A DNA stretch of 45,936 bases, from NCBI GenBank assembly GCA_964510165.1, contig CAZEBC010000011.1, positions 1 to 45,936 on the forward strand. The letters run 5' to 3'. Shown piece after piece: positions 27,775-37,008 of the stretch (within the stretch, counting starts at the first letter, position 1; each line of letters begins with the position of its first letter). Made by a program: the position numbers and the translations under genes. The DNA is from an uncultured bacterium. Lineage in GTDB: Bacteria; Abyssobacteria; SURF-5. Under the pieces are notes generated by a model. It saw nothing but the letters and a program-made list of their open reading frames with translations. It made no database searches and was not told the origin of the DNA.

Positions 27775-28470
27775 ATGACCGCGAACGTCCCCGACAAGAA
27801 TGAAAAGACCTCACCCGGCACACGGAAGACCATAGTCGAAGCCTCTCTCAAGCTGTTCGCTCGACGCGGCTACCACGGCACCTCGGTCGCCCAGATCGCG
27901 GAGGCGACGGGCATGACCAAGGGGGCGCTCTATTGGTATTTCAAGGGCAAGGAGGACCTTTTCCTCAACGTCCTCGACTGCATCCGTGAGGAATGGCAGA
28001 AGAGCATCATGAGCCGGGTGGAGTCATGCCAGGGAGTCATCGAGAAGCTGGAGCAGCTCTTTGATGCGACTTCCGAAATGGTGACCTCGGCTGAGAACCC
28101 CTGCTCGATGCATCTGTTTCTCGTCTCGGCGGGCGCACAGCCTGAAATGCGGGAGTTCGAAGGGGCGATAAAGGCCGCTTACGCCGGATACGTCGAGACG
28201 CTTGCCAGCACGATCCGGGCGGGACAGGAGGACGGCGAGATTCGTAAAGACATCGATGCGCAGTCGGCCGCGGTCGGACTCATCGGATGTCTTGAGGGCA
28301 TCGTTCTCCAGGCGCGCCTGCATCCTCCAACCACGATTGCCGCAGCCATCGCCGAGATGAAGCGGCACTTCATTCGTTCACTCAGCGCGGCGCCCCAACG
28401 TCCCGGCAAGAAGGAAAAACCCGCTGTGCCGGCGCCCGCCGCCAAGCGCGATCAACTCGACTTGTTTTGA
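27775..28470 (+). CDS. TetR/AcrR-family transcriptional regulator
   Basis: HTH GYHGTSV-x-QIA...TKGALYWYF-x2-KE; G-x3-GEIR C-terminal domain. Confidence 0.93.
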   Translation: MTANVPDKNEKTSPGTRKTIVEASLKLFARRGYHGTSVAQIAEATGMTKGALYWYFKGKEDLFLNVLDCIREEWQKSIMSRVESCQGVIEKLEQLFDATSEMVTSAENPCSMHLFLVSAGAQPEMREFEGAIKAAYAGYVETLASTIRAGQEDGEIRKDIDAQSAAVGLIGCLEGIVLQARLHPPTTIAAAIAEMKRHFIRSLSAAPQRPGKKEKPAVPAPAAKRDQLDLF

Positions 28471-29579
28471 TCCCGCAAAGTCTCTTCCACGTAACACCGC
28501 ATCGGCTTGCTGAAGACGTTATCGGAACATTGATTGCATGAAATGCAGGTGGCCTTTCTTGTGTCGCCGGCCTTCCAGCGCTTTATGAGTTGAGGCTCGC
28601 GGATGAGTGGCCTCGAGAATGCCACCATGTCGGCGATGCCTTCCTGGAGAACACGCTCAGCCACCTTCGGGCTGCGCATACCGCCGACAAGCATCAGTGG
28701 AATATCAATCGCTGCGCGAAGCGCTTCGGCATATTGACGGAAATATGCCTCCTTCTGCTCTTTGTTGATGCCCTTGCGGCTCATCTGCTCGCGTGTCTCG
28801 TAGATGCCGCCGGTTATCTCGATGCAGTCAATCCCGCCCTTGGCTATCACCGCCGCAACGCGAGCGGCTTCGTCTCCGGTCAGTCCCTCTGGCACAAAAT
28901 CGCTGCAATTCATCTTTATCATGATCGGAAAGTCGCCGACGAGCTGTCGCGCCCTGCGAACGATGTCCACTATTATCCTGGCCCGCTTGCGCGTCGTGCC
29001 GCCGTATTCATCGGTGCGGCGATTGGTGTAGGGCGAGATGAAGTTGCTCAATAGATAGCCGTGACCGCCGTGAAGCTGGACCGCGTCAAACCCCGCCTGC
29101 TTCACCCGCCTGCACACCTGCGCAAACTTCTCAACCATCTCCTCTATCTCCGCCACGGTCATCTCACGCGGCATCGTGCCGAACGCGCGCTCCTCGACAG
29201 CCGACGGCGCAATCGGGGGCTCGCCGCCCCGCAAAATCGGATTCTCCTGCCTGCCCGGATGAACCACCTGCATCGCTATCGCTGCGCCCCGGGCCTTCAC
29301 GTCGGCCGTGACCTGCTTCCACGGCCCTATCATCTCGTCGCTGTCGATGAACGTCGGATAGGCGAGATCTTCGCCCTCGGGAAGCGGAATCTTGAATCGC
29401 TCTATCAGGGTCGCGCTCGTCACCAACAGCCCAATCTCGCCCTCTGCGAGCGTATTGTAAAGCTGAGCCAGCCGCGGGCTGGGGCGGCCGGTATTTGTGC
29501 CCATTCCCTCATATGTCGCGGAACGAACGGTACGATTGCGAATTGTCAGGTTCTTGATCGTAATCGGTTCGAAGATCAT
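28452..29579 (-). CDS. NADH:flavin oxidoreductase (Old Yellow Enzyme family)
   Basis: NR-x-VRSAT, GFDAVQLHGGHGYL, SP-x2-NRRTDEYGG, SRPLI-x-EP and CISCN-x-C; GGAGG SD before ATG 29579. Confidence 0.9.
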   Translation of the reverse strand: MIFEPITIKNLTIRNRTVRSATYEGMGTNTGRPSPRLAQLYNTLAEGEIGLLVTSATLIERFKIPLPEGEDLAYPTFIDSDEMIGPWKQVTADVKARGAAIAMQVVHPGRQENPILRGGEPPIAPSAVEERAFGTMPREMTVAEIEEMVEKFAQVCRRVKQAGFDAVQLHGGHGYLLSNFISPYTNRRTDEYGGTTRKRARIIVDIVRRARQLVGDFPIMIKMNCSDFVPEGLTGDEAARVAAVIAKGGIDCIEITGGIYETREQMSRKGINKEQKEAYFRQYAEALRAAIDIPLMLVGGMRSPKVAERVLQEGIADMVAFSRPLIREPQLIKRWKAGDTRKATCISCNQCSDNVFSKPMRCYVEETLRDQNKSS

Positions 29580-29660
29580 GGCGCCTCCTGCTTCACATAA
29601 CGTGTTCCGTGTTTGAGCTGTATCCATTGTATCAGATCTTGGGCCATGCAGGCAGCCCTC

Positions 29661-29697
29661 TATTCGGGCACACCATGCTGCATGGTGTCCCCGAATA
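29661..29697. repeat. Near-perfect 37-bp palindrome in the divergent OYE/hflX intergenic region
   Basis: TATTCGGGCACACCATGC-T-GCATGGTGTCCCCGAATA; 17 of 18 positions pair. Confidence 0.7.
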
Positions 29698-29731
29698 AAG
29701 ACCGAACCCCCCCCGAACCCTGCCCCCTTTA

Positions 29732-29761
29732 TTGACCGCGCGGCCCATTTGTTCGTATAAT
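29732..29761 (+). promoter_or_regulatory. sigma70 promoter of the hflX operon
   Basis: TTGACC-N18-TATAAT. Confidence 0.6.
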
Positions 29762-29800
29762 TCTCTGAGAAGGCCAACAAAGGAGTGGATCGGGCTGAAC

Positions 29801-31078
29801 GTGACGAATAAGCCAAATACCGAGGAAAAAGCGGTCCTCGTCGGCGTAAGGATCGCCGATGAACCCGCGTGGGAAGTGCAGGAGTCGCTCGACGAACTGA
29901 AGGAACTCACTCGCACTGCGGGCGGGCGCGTCCTCAAGGCCGTCGTTCAGAGCCGTCCGGTCCCCGACAGCGCCACATTTATAGGCCGTGGAAAGGTCGA
30001 GATGGTCGCCGCCGCGGTTGACGAGATCGAGGCCGACCTTGTCATATTCGACTGTGAACTCAGTCCGGCCCAGCAAAGAAACCTCGAGGACTTGCTCAAC
30101 TGCAAGGTCGTCGACCGCACTCAGCTTATCCTCGACATCTTCGCAAGGCGCGCCGAGACCAAGGAGGGCAAGATACAGGTCGAACTTGCCCAATTGCAGT
30201 ATCTGCTGCCCAGGCTCACCGGCAAGGGTGTCCTCATGTCGAGGCTCGGCGGCGGCATCGGAGCGGCCCGCCGTGGCCCCGGCGAGACCAAGCTTGAGGT
30301 GGACCGGCGCCGCATCAAGGACCGAATCGCCAAGCTCAAACGCGAACTCGACTCCATCCGTCAACACCGCGACGTCCAGCGAAAACGAAGGCTCATCCGC
30401 GACATCCCGACCGCCGCCATTGTCGGCTACACCAACGCCGGGAAATCATCTCTCCTGAACGCGGTCGCCGATGCCCATGCGTTCGTGGAGGACAAGCTTT
30501 TTGCGACGCTTGACCCCCGCTCCCGAAAAGTGGTCCTGCAAAACGGGCAAACTATCATATTCACCGACACCGTCGGATTCATACGCAAGCTGCCGCATTC
30601 GCTCGTCGCGGCATTCCGTGCGACACTGGAGGAGGCCACGCACGCCGACATCATCCTTCTTGTAGTTGACTCCAGTCATGAATTCTACGAAGACCATATG
30701 ACGGTCGCAAAGCAGGTACTGCTCGAGTTGGACGCCGCAGAGAAGCCTATGATAACTGTGTTCAACAAGATTGACCTGCTTCCCGACCCGGCCATTGCGG
30801 AAAAACTGGTGGCCAGAAACCCGGGCAGTGTCGCCATATCCGCCGAAACCGGCGAGAATATAGATGCCTTGTTGCGGCGGCTGGCAGAAGTGCTTTCCTC
30901 CCGGCGCGAAGTCGTCGAGTTCAGCATTCCTCAGGATCGCGGCGACGTGGCCGCATTGGTCAGCGAAAGAGGTCACGTCATCGAAACCCGGTATGAAGAC
31001 GGCGCAATCATCATGGTCGCCGAACTCGAAAAACCGCTGGCATCCAAACTGCGTGAGTTCGTGAGGGAGCAACGATGA
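29801..31078 (+). CDS. hflX: Ribosome-splitting GTPase HflX
   Basis: LSPAQQRNLE, DIFA-x-RA, GPGETKLE, GYTNAGKS, LFATLD, DTVGF and NKID motifs; GTG start approximate. Confidence 0.95.
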   Translation: MTNKPNTEEKAVLVGVRIADEPAWEVQESLDELKELTRTAGGRVLKAVVQSRPVPDSATFIGRGKVEMVAAAVDEIEADLVIFDCELSPAQQRNLEDLLNCKVVDRTQLILDIFARRAETKEGKIQVELAQLQYLLPRLTGKGVLMSRLGGGIGAARRGPGETKLEVDRRRIKDRIAKLKRELDSIRQHRDVQRKRRLIRDIPTAAIVGYTNAGKSSLLNAVADAHAFVEDKLFATLDPRSRKVVLQNGQTIIFTDTVGFIRKLPHSLVAAFRATLEEATHADIILLVVDSSHEFYEDHMTVAKQVLLELDAAEKPMITVFNKIDLLPDPAIAEKLVARNPGSVAISAETGENIDALLRRLAEVLSSRREVVEFSIPQDRGDVAALVSERGHVIETRYEDGAIIMVAELEKPLASKLREFVREQR

Positions 31079-31518
31079 ACTCCCCTCGCATTCGAGTGAG
31101 CGCAGCCGTCAGGCGCGGAAACACGATTCTTCTCGTGAACCACGAAAAGGAACAGAAGAGTTACTGGCTGTTGCCCGGCGGCGGCATACGCGCCGGCGAG
31201 ACTGCTGAGGAAGCGCTCGCGCGCGAGGTATTCGAGGAGACTTCCGTAGCCATCGAGCCGGGACGGATAATCGGTATTTGCGAGAGCATTTGGCCCGACC
31301 GCTCGCGACACGTCGTTCATTTCATTTACGAAGCGCATACGGGCAGCGGCTCGCCCGGCGGATCGAATGACCCGAGGGTGCGCGGCTCCAGGTTTGTCGA
31401 AATCGGTTCCCTCGAAACACTCACCATTTACCCGCCCATACAGGCCTGGCTTGTGAAACGGCTCTCCGGCGAATCCGCATTACGGCCGGACTACCTGGGA
31501 GCGCTGTGGAGTGAGTAG
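31075..31518 (+). CDS. NUDIX hydrolase
   Basis: Nudix box GG-x4-GE-x7-REVFEET; ATGA overlap with hflX. Confidence 0.9.
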   Translation: MNSPRIRVSAAVRRGNTILLVNHEKEQKSYWLLPGGGIRAGETAEEALAREVFEETSVAIEPGRIIGICESIWPDRSRHVVHFIYEAHTGSGSPGGSNDPRVRGSRFVEIGSLETLTIYPPIQAWLVKRLSGESALRPDYLGALWSE

Positions 31519-31542
31519 GAGTCTGGCCTGTGATGAAGCCAT

Positions 31543-32217
31543 ATGCTTATAGATATTCACTGCCATACGATACATTCCGGCGATAGCAGTCTCGATCCGG
31601 AGGAATTGTTGGAAGCGGCGCGCAGGCGCGGGCTTGACGCCGTCTGCGTCACCGAGCATGATTCGTTCTGCGCTTCTGAGCCTATCGAGGAAATCGCAAG
31701 GCGTGAGGGATTCCCCGTCTTCAGAGGTGTCGAGATCAACACCGACAAGGGGCACATCCTGGCGTTCGGCGTCACGGACGACAGTTGGAAAAGCCCGAAA
31801 GGATATTATTCCCCGATTGATTCCGTAAAGCCAAAGGTGGAAGCCTGCGGCGGCATACTGATTCCTTCGCACCCATTTAGGTCCCTCGGGGGCGCGTCGG
31901 CGTTCAACAACGTATTCCTCATGGACTACATCACCGCCATCGAGGTCCTGAACGGCGAAAACAATGAGCGCGAAAACGCAATGGGCGCTGATGCATGGAA
32001 AAAACTCGGCATTCCGGGCGTGGGCGGCAGCGATTGCCATTCCGTCAGGCAAGTCGGAAGATGCGCCACGTGGTTCGAACGAGATATCGTTTCGGTCGAA
32101 CATTTGATCGAAGAAGTCCGCTCCGGACGAGTTGCCCCGGCATACATGCGCCCTGATGGGACGTACGCGAAACTGTCTCCGCCGGTGAAGATCGAAGGAA
32201 AGCGGAAATGGATTTGA
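31543..32217 (+). CDS. PHP-domain metal-dependent phosphoesterase
   Basis: DIHCHT, TEHD, GVE, GH, SHP and GGSDCH motifs. Confidence 0.9.
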   Translation: MLIDIHCHTIHSGDSSLDPEELLEAARRRGLDAVCVTEHDSFCASEPIEEIARREGFPVFRGVEINTDKGHILAFGVTDDSWKSPKGYYSPIDSVKPKVEACGGILIPSHPFRSLGGASAFNNVFLMDYITAIEVLNGENNERENAMGADAWKKLGIPGVGGSDCHSVRQVGRCATWFERDIVSVEHLIEEVRSGRVAPAYMRPDGTYAKLSPPVKIEGKRKWI

Positions 32218-33551
32218 AGGAAATGCGAGAGGCGGCAAAGTCAATCGCATGGGCAGCAATCCGTGCGGTGAACCCCGAAAGCCTCATTCGGAGCACTCTC
32301 AAACTGCACGGCAGCCGGCTTGACATCGGCGAACACACGCTCAATCTCGACGAGTTCTCCCGCATCATCGTGTTAGGAACGGGCAAGGCCAGCGCTTCGA
32401 TGGCGATGGCTCTCGAGGATATCCTCGGTAACCGGATCGAGCGCGGGATTGTAATCGTCAAGGATGGTCACGGCCTTCCGCTAAGGCGAATCGAGGTGCT
32501 GGAGACAGGCCATCCCATTCCCGACGAGCGCGGCGTCAAAGCGAGCGGTCGAATCCTCGCTCTGGCAAGACGGAACAACCAGCCCGACACGCTCATATTC
32601 TGCCTCATCTCTGGCGGCGGCTCAGCCCTCATGCCGCTCCCAAGCAAGGGCGTCTCGCTTGAAGATAAGCAGCGCGTCACAAGACTGCTCCTTGAATGCG
32701 GCGCGACAGTCGAAGAGATAAATACGGTGCGGAAACATATGTCGAGGATCAAGGGCGGCCAACTTGCTCGTGCAGCCTCTCCCGCCAGACTGGTCTCGCT
32801 CATACTTTCCGACGTCGTCGGAGACCCCCTCGACGTCATCGCTTCCGGACCGACCGTTGGCGATTCGTCCACGTTCGAGCAGGCAAGAGCGGTTTTGGAT
32901 AAGTACGAAATTTGGCAGCTCGCGCCGAAATCCGTCCGCGACGTCATCGAGGCAGGCCTGAACAGGGAAATCGAGGATACCCCGAAACCCGAAAGCAAGA
33001 TTTTCGATAGGGTCACCAACATCATAATCGGAAACAATCGGACAGCCGTGCACGCCGCCTCGGCGCAGGCCTCAACCTTCGGATTCCGCACTCTCATCCT
33101 TACCACGGTCGTGACGGGCGAGGCCAGGGAAGTTGGCACTGTACTTGCAACTATAGCCCTTGAAGCTGGAGTGTCTTCAAACCCGGTCGCGCCGCCAGCC
33201 TGCATCCTTGCAGGCGGCGAGACCACCGTGACTGTCCGTGGAAACGGCAAGGGGGGACGCAACCAGGAAATTGCGATTTCGGCGGCGCTCCGATTGGCAG
33301 AGGCAAAGGGGATATCCAAAAACATTGTGATTGGCAGCGTCGGTACCGACGGTACTGACGGACCAACGGACGCAGCCGGTGCTATAATTGACCAGAAAAC
33401 CGTGGCGCGTGCCCGGCAGATGGGTCTCGAACCGCTACAACATCTTCGTCGAAATGATACATATAACTTGTTCAAACAGACCGACGAACTGCTTATCACC
33501 GGGCCGACCGGCACGAATGTCATGGATTTGTTACTAGCCCTCATCGCGTGA
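32208..33551 (+). CDS. Glycerate kinase, class II (MOFRL/TtuD family)
   Basis: GKA, GHP-x-PD, SGGGSAL, KGG, SDVVGD, IASGP, GGETTV, GGRNQE, TDGTDG and TGTNVMD motifs. Confidence 0.92.
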   Translation: MDLKEMREAAKSIAWAAIRAVNPESLIRSTLKLHGSRLDIGEHTLNLDEFSRIIVLGTGKASASMAMALEDILGNRIERGIVIVKDGHGLPLRRIEVLETGHPIPDERGVKASGRILALARRNNQPDTLIFCLISGGGSALMPLPSKGVSLEDKQRVTRLLLECGATVEEINTVRKHMSRIKGGQLARAASPARLVSLILSDVVGDPLDVIASGPTVGDSSTFEQARAVLDKYEIWQLAPKSVRDVIEAGLNREIEDTPKPESKIFDRVTNIIIGNNRTAVHAASAQASTFGFRTLILTTVVTGEAREVGTVLATIALEAGVSSNPVAPPACILAGGETTVTVRGNGKGGRNQEIAISAALRLAEAKGISKNIVIGSVGTDGTDGPTDAAGAIIDQKTVARARQMGLEPLQHLRRNDTYNLFKQTDELLITGPTGTNVMDLLLALIA

Positions 33552-33595
33552 TTTTTCGCGTGAAGGGTTTTTCGACTCAGTTCGAGAGACGGAGC

Positions 33596-34861
33596 ATGAG
33601 AACCACCACCCACACCAAGGTTGTCGCACTCTGTTGTCTGGCTTTGGGCCTCTTTGCGCTCATAGCCGGCTCCGTCTACTCGGCTGCGGTCGAAACTCCC
33701 ACCGGAAAGAGAATCCCCGGCCAGATACTCGAGGAAGGCAAAGACGATGTCAAGATCGGAACCGACCTTCCCGGCGGCGGCCGCATCATCTTCAACGTGG
33801 ACCGTGAGAAGGTTGACCCGCACGGAACGGTTCCCGGCAAGGGCAGAATAGAGGATATGAAAGGGAAAGTCGAGATCAAGAAAGCGGGGATGACAAGATT
33901 TGCGACCGCTCGCAAGAATATGGCGGTCAATCCCGGCGACGAGATTCGCACCGAGGCCGGCTCCGAGGCGGTTGTCACGCTGGAGACTACTGCCGTCAGC
34001 GGCATCGGAGAGAACACCGAGTTCAAGCTCGATTCCTTTGAGGTCAATCCCGACACCAAGGCGGCCCAAGTCAAGGTGAATCTCCCCAAGGGAAAGCTCT
34101 GGTCGGAGGTCGGCAGGTTGAAGACCAAAGATTCCAATTACAACATCGAGACGCCCACCGCAGTGACGGGCGTTCGCGGAACCGTCTTCCTTGTGGAGGT
34201 CGAAAAGGCAACTGCCGATACGAGCGTGTCGGTCATAAGCGGACAAGTCGCGGTCGGCTCGAAGGAGGTTGCCGGTCCGGAAACCATAATCGGAAAACGG
34301 GAGGCGCTCGTCGTGAAGCGCGGACAAGCGCCCAGCAAGTATAGCCCATCCGAGTTGCTGCGTCTCATCGCGCGCGTAATCGAGGAGTGGACCGCCAAGT
34401 CGGAATATTTCAAAACGGTGACCGCTTTGGCCGGCATCGGCCAGGTTGAGGAGATCGAGATTGAACCCGGCCTGCCCGAGGCCGAGCGCCAGAAAATCTT
34501 CGATGCTATTCAAGCCGGTTGGGAGAAGGCCTCTGAGGACTTCTTCCAGATTGATAAGGCGCTCAAGTTGTTCTATCTCGATTTCGGACGCTTCCCCACC
34601 ATGCAGGAAGGCGGGCTCAACGTATTGATCCACTCAAATAAAACGCCTCAATGGAACGGCCCGTACACCGAGGACAAACACCTGAATGACCATTATGGCG
34701 CGCCGTATGGCTACGCGGTGAAGCGCGACATGTACGGCGAAGTCTTTGTGGAAATCACCACGTTCGGCTACGACAAGCAGCCCAATACCCAGGATGACCG
34801 CAGCCGGATTCTCACCGAATCGGATGCGCGTCGCTGGGAAGATGACAAGAATTATCGGTGA
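33596..34861 (+). CDS. Exported FecR-domain protein with a C-terminal GspG-like (type II secretion pseudopilin globular) domain
   Basis: Signal/TM segment; FecR motifs GDEIRT, L-x2-GKLW and TPTAVTGVRGT-x-F; C-terminal ALKLFYLDFGRFPT..GL..L...WNGPY...D-x-YG-x-PY...G-x-D...T-x-DD. Confidence 0.7.
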   Translation: MRTTTHTKVVALCCLALGLFALIAGSVYSAAVETPTGKRIPGQILEEGKDDVKIGTDLPGGGRIIFNVDREKVDPHGTVPGKGRIEDMKGKVEIKKAGMTRFATARKNMAVNPGDEIRTEAGSEAVVTLETTAVSGIGENTEFKLDSFEVNPDTKAAQVKVNLPKGKLWSEVGRLKTKDSNYNIETPTAVTGVRGTVFLVEVEKATADTSVSVISGQVAVGSKEVAGPETIIGKREALVVKRGQAPSKYSPSELLRLIARVIEEWTAKSEYFKTVTALAGIGQVEEIEIEPGLPEAERQKIFDAIQAGWEKASEDFFQIDKALKLFYLDFGRFPTMQEGGLNVLIHSNKTPQWNGPYTEDKHLNDHYGAPYGYAVKRDMYGEVFVEITTFGYDKQPNTQDDRSRILTESDARRWEDDKNYR

Positions 34862-34887
34862 ATTATTTGTGCGCTGCGACCCATATA

Positions 34888-34912
34888 TCATTCCCGCGAA
34901 ATCGGGAATCCA
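34888..34912. repeat. ATTCCCG..CGGGAAT-type REP-like palindrome
   Basis: TCATTCCCGCGAAATCGGGAATCCA, matching the widespread GTCATTCCCGCG-x3-GCGGGAATCC extragenic repeat pattern. Confidence 0.6.
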
Positions 34913-34961
34913 TGATTGGTGAGGCTGGAAACATGCGCAAGTGTTTGTGACGCCATGTATA

Positions 34962-35264
34962 ATGGGGCAGCGAGGAGGAACGGAAATCGATTTCGCTGAC
35001 GGACTCGCCCTTGCGGCTGCGATACTGTGGTTGGCCGGCACGACTGTTATTGCACTGGCCGCAGATGTCTCGCTCGTGACGGCCCTCACACGCGGATTCG
35101 CAGGCGCAACCGTAGTCTATGTCGTGACGTTTGTGGGTGTGCACGTCATGTTTCGCTTTGCCTACACAACGTCTCTAAGGAGAAGAACGGCACAAAAGGA
35201 GTTCGAGCCCGGAACGGTTCCGGCGCCGGAACAGGCGCCCGGCCCGGCCGCTCAACAAGGATAA
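34962..35264 (+). CDS. Small hypothetical membrane protein (2 TM)
   Basis: Two hydrophobic helices and a Pro/Ala-rich tail; 9 nt before the next gene; start uncertain. Confidence 0.55.
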   Translation: MGQRGGTEIDFADGLALAAAILWLAGTTVIALAADVSLVTALTRGFAGATVVYVVTFVGVHVMFRFAYTTSLRRRTAQKEFEPGTVPAPEQAPGPAAQQG

Positions 35265-35273
35265 TGACCAACC

Positions 35274-35693
35274 ATGCCGCTTGTTAACTGCATACGATGC
35301 GGGACGCTGTTTTCGTCGGACAACTCATCCGTGTGCCCGGCGTGTCTCAAGCTTGAGGAGGATGAGTTTGCCATCGCCGTCGCATGGCTTCGCGAAAACC
35401 CGGGGAAAACGATCAGCGCACTCACGGAGGCCACCGGCATCGAGAGGACCAAGATTCTCGCCTGGATTCGCCAGAACCGCATCTGCCTGATGCAGCAGTC
35501 TGAATATGTCCATTGCAAGAAATGCGGAACCCCCATCCCATCCGGCAACTTCTGCGACCATTGCAAGCTCGAATTGGCGCGGGACGTCAAGCAGAACATC
35601 AACGAGATCGGACGGGAAAAGAAGCTGGTTCCCGGCCAGTCCGGAAAAGGCATGCATTATCTGCCGAGCAGGCGGGAGAGCAACGCCCGCTGA
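35274..35693 (+). CDS. YvyF/TIGR03826-like flagellar-operon-associated Zn-finger/HTH protein
   Basis: NCIRCG-x-LF..CPAC, central HTH-like EATGI..I..W, and CKKCG-x-PI-x-SG-x-FC-x2-C. Confidence 0.7.
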   Translation: MPLVNCIRCGTLFSSDNSSVCPACLKLEEDEFAIAVAWLRENPGKTISALTEATGIERTKILAWIRQNRICLMQQSEYVHCKKCGTPIPSGNFCDHCKLELARDVKQNINEIGREKKLVPGQSGKGMHYLPSRRESNAR

Positions 35694-35914
35694 ATCCTCC
35701 TCAAAAAACATTTCCGCCGAATGCTCCCTATCCAAGTGCAGGGTGTTTCGCGAATCCGCCCAGCCTCTAGCCTGTCTCCATCGCTTCGATTACACTTTAA
35801 TAGGGGGTGGATTCGTTGAGAAAAGTCATGCAAATTGCCATTATGTCCGCGACATTGCTGTTGGTAGGTTACTGTTGGCGAGATTCCGGGATTGTCAAAA
35901 AAGAGGTGAATGCC

Positions 35915-36964
35915 ATGTCCACGAACAAAGAAACCACGCGCGTAGCCACGTTTGCGGGCGGCTGTTTCTGGTGCGTCGAGGCCGATTTCGAGAAACTGCC
36001 GGGAGTCGAAAAAGTCATATCCGGCTATACTGGCGGAGAAACCGAAAATCCAACCTATAAACAGGTGTCCTCGGGTACAACCGGTCATCTTGAGGCCATC
36101 CAGGTCCATTATGACCCCTCGAAGGTAATGTATGAGGACCTGCTCGATTACTTCTGGAGGCATATCGACCCGATCGATGCCGGCGGCCAGTTTGTCGACC
36201 GCGGCAAACAATATCGAAGCGCCATCTTCTACCACGACGATGAACAGAGGCGCTTGGCGGAGCAATCAAAACAAACGCTCGCCGACTCCGGCAAGTTTGA
36301 CAAGCCCATCGTCACGGAGATCATCGCGTTTACAAAGTTCTATCCCGCCGAGGACTATCATCAGGATTACTACAAGGAGCATTCGCTGAAATACAAGTTC
36401 TATCGACACGGTTCAGGCCGCGACCAGTTCCTCGAAACGGTGTGGGGCCGCGAGGAGGAAACTCCCAAGACCGTAGGGCCGAATTCATTCGGCCACACGC
36501 GAGTGTACGAAAAGCCTGACGACGCGACCCTCAAGAGGACGCTCACCCCGCTCCAGTTCAAAGTGACCCAGCACGAGGGTACCGAGCCGCCGTTTAAAAA
36601 TGACTATTGGGACAACAAGCGCGAGGGCATCTACGTTGATATCGTCTCGGGCGAGCCGTTATTCAGTTCCATTGACAAATACGATTCCGGTACCGGTTGG
36701 CCGAGTTTCACCAAACCGCTTGAGCCCGAAAACATTGTCGAGCGGGAGGACCGAAGCTTGTTCACAACCCGCACCGAAATTCGCAGCCGACATGCCGATT
36801 CGCATCTCGGCCATGTCTTTAACGACGGCCCGCCGCCTACAGGACTGCGCTACTGCATGAACTCCGCCGCGCTCCGCTTCATCCCGAAGGCGGACCTGCA
36901 GAAAGAAGGCTACGGCGAATACCTCAAGCTTTTCGCCGGCTCGGAGAAGGCCGCCGTGAAGTGA
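35915..36964 (+). CDS. msrAB: Bifunctional peptide methionine sulfoxide reductase MsrA/MsrB
   Basis: MsrA GGCFWC, GY-x-GG, GH-x-E, QYRS and AEDYHQDY; MsrB GTE-x-[16 protein letters not shown] and RYCMNS; an in-frame hydrophobic extension from 35828 is possible. Confidence 0.93.
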   Translation: MSTNKETTRVATFAGGCFWCVEADFEKLPGVEKVISGYTGGETENPTYKQVSSGTTGHLEAIQVHYDPSKVMYEDLLDYFWRHIDPIDAGGQFVDRGKQYRSAIFYHDDEQRRLAEQSKQTLADSGKFDKPIVTEIIAFTKFYPAEDYHQDYYKEHSLKYKFYRHGSGRDQFLETVWGREEETPKTVGPNSFGHTRVYEKPDDATLKRTLTPLQFKVTQHEGTEPPFKNDYWDNKREGIYVDIVSGEPLFSSIDKYDSGTGWPSFTKPLEPENIVEREDRSLFTTRTEIRSRHADSHLGHVFNDGPPPTGLRYCMNSAALRFIPKADLQKEGYGEYLKLFAGSEKAAVK

Positions 36965-37008
36965 GGAGAAAGAGAGCGCTCAATTCGGCGACGAGCTTGC
37001 GGATACGG

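Noticed and set aside
32468-34633. 721-aa minus-strand ORF
   Set aside because: Antisense shadow of the glycerate kinase and FecR-GspG genes; no recognisable motifs; long shadow ORFs are expected at this GC content
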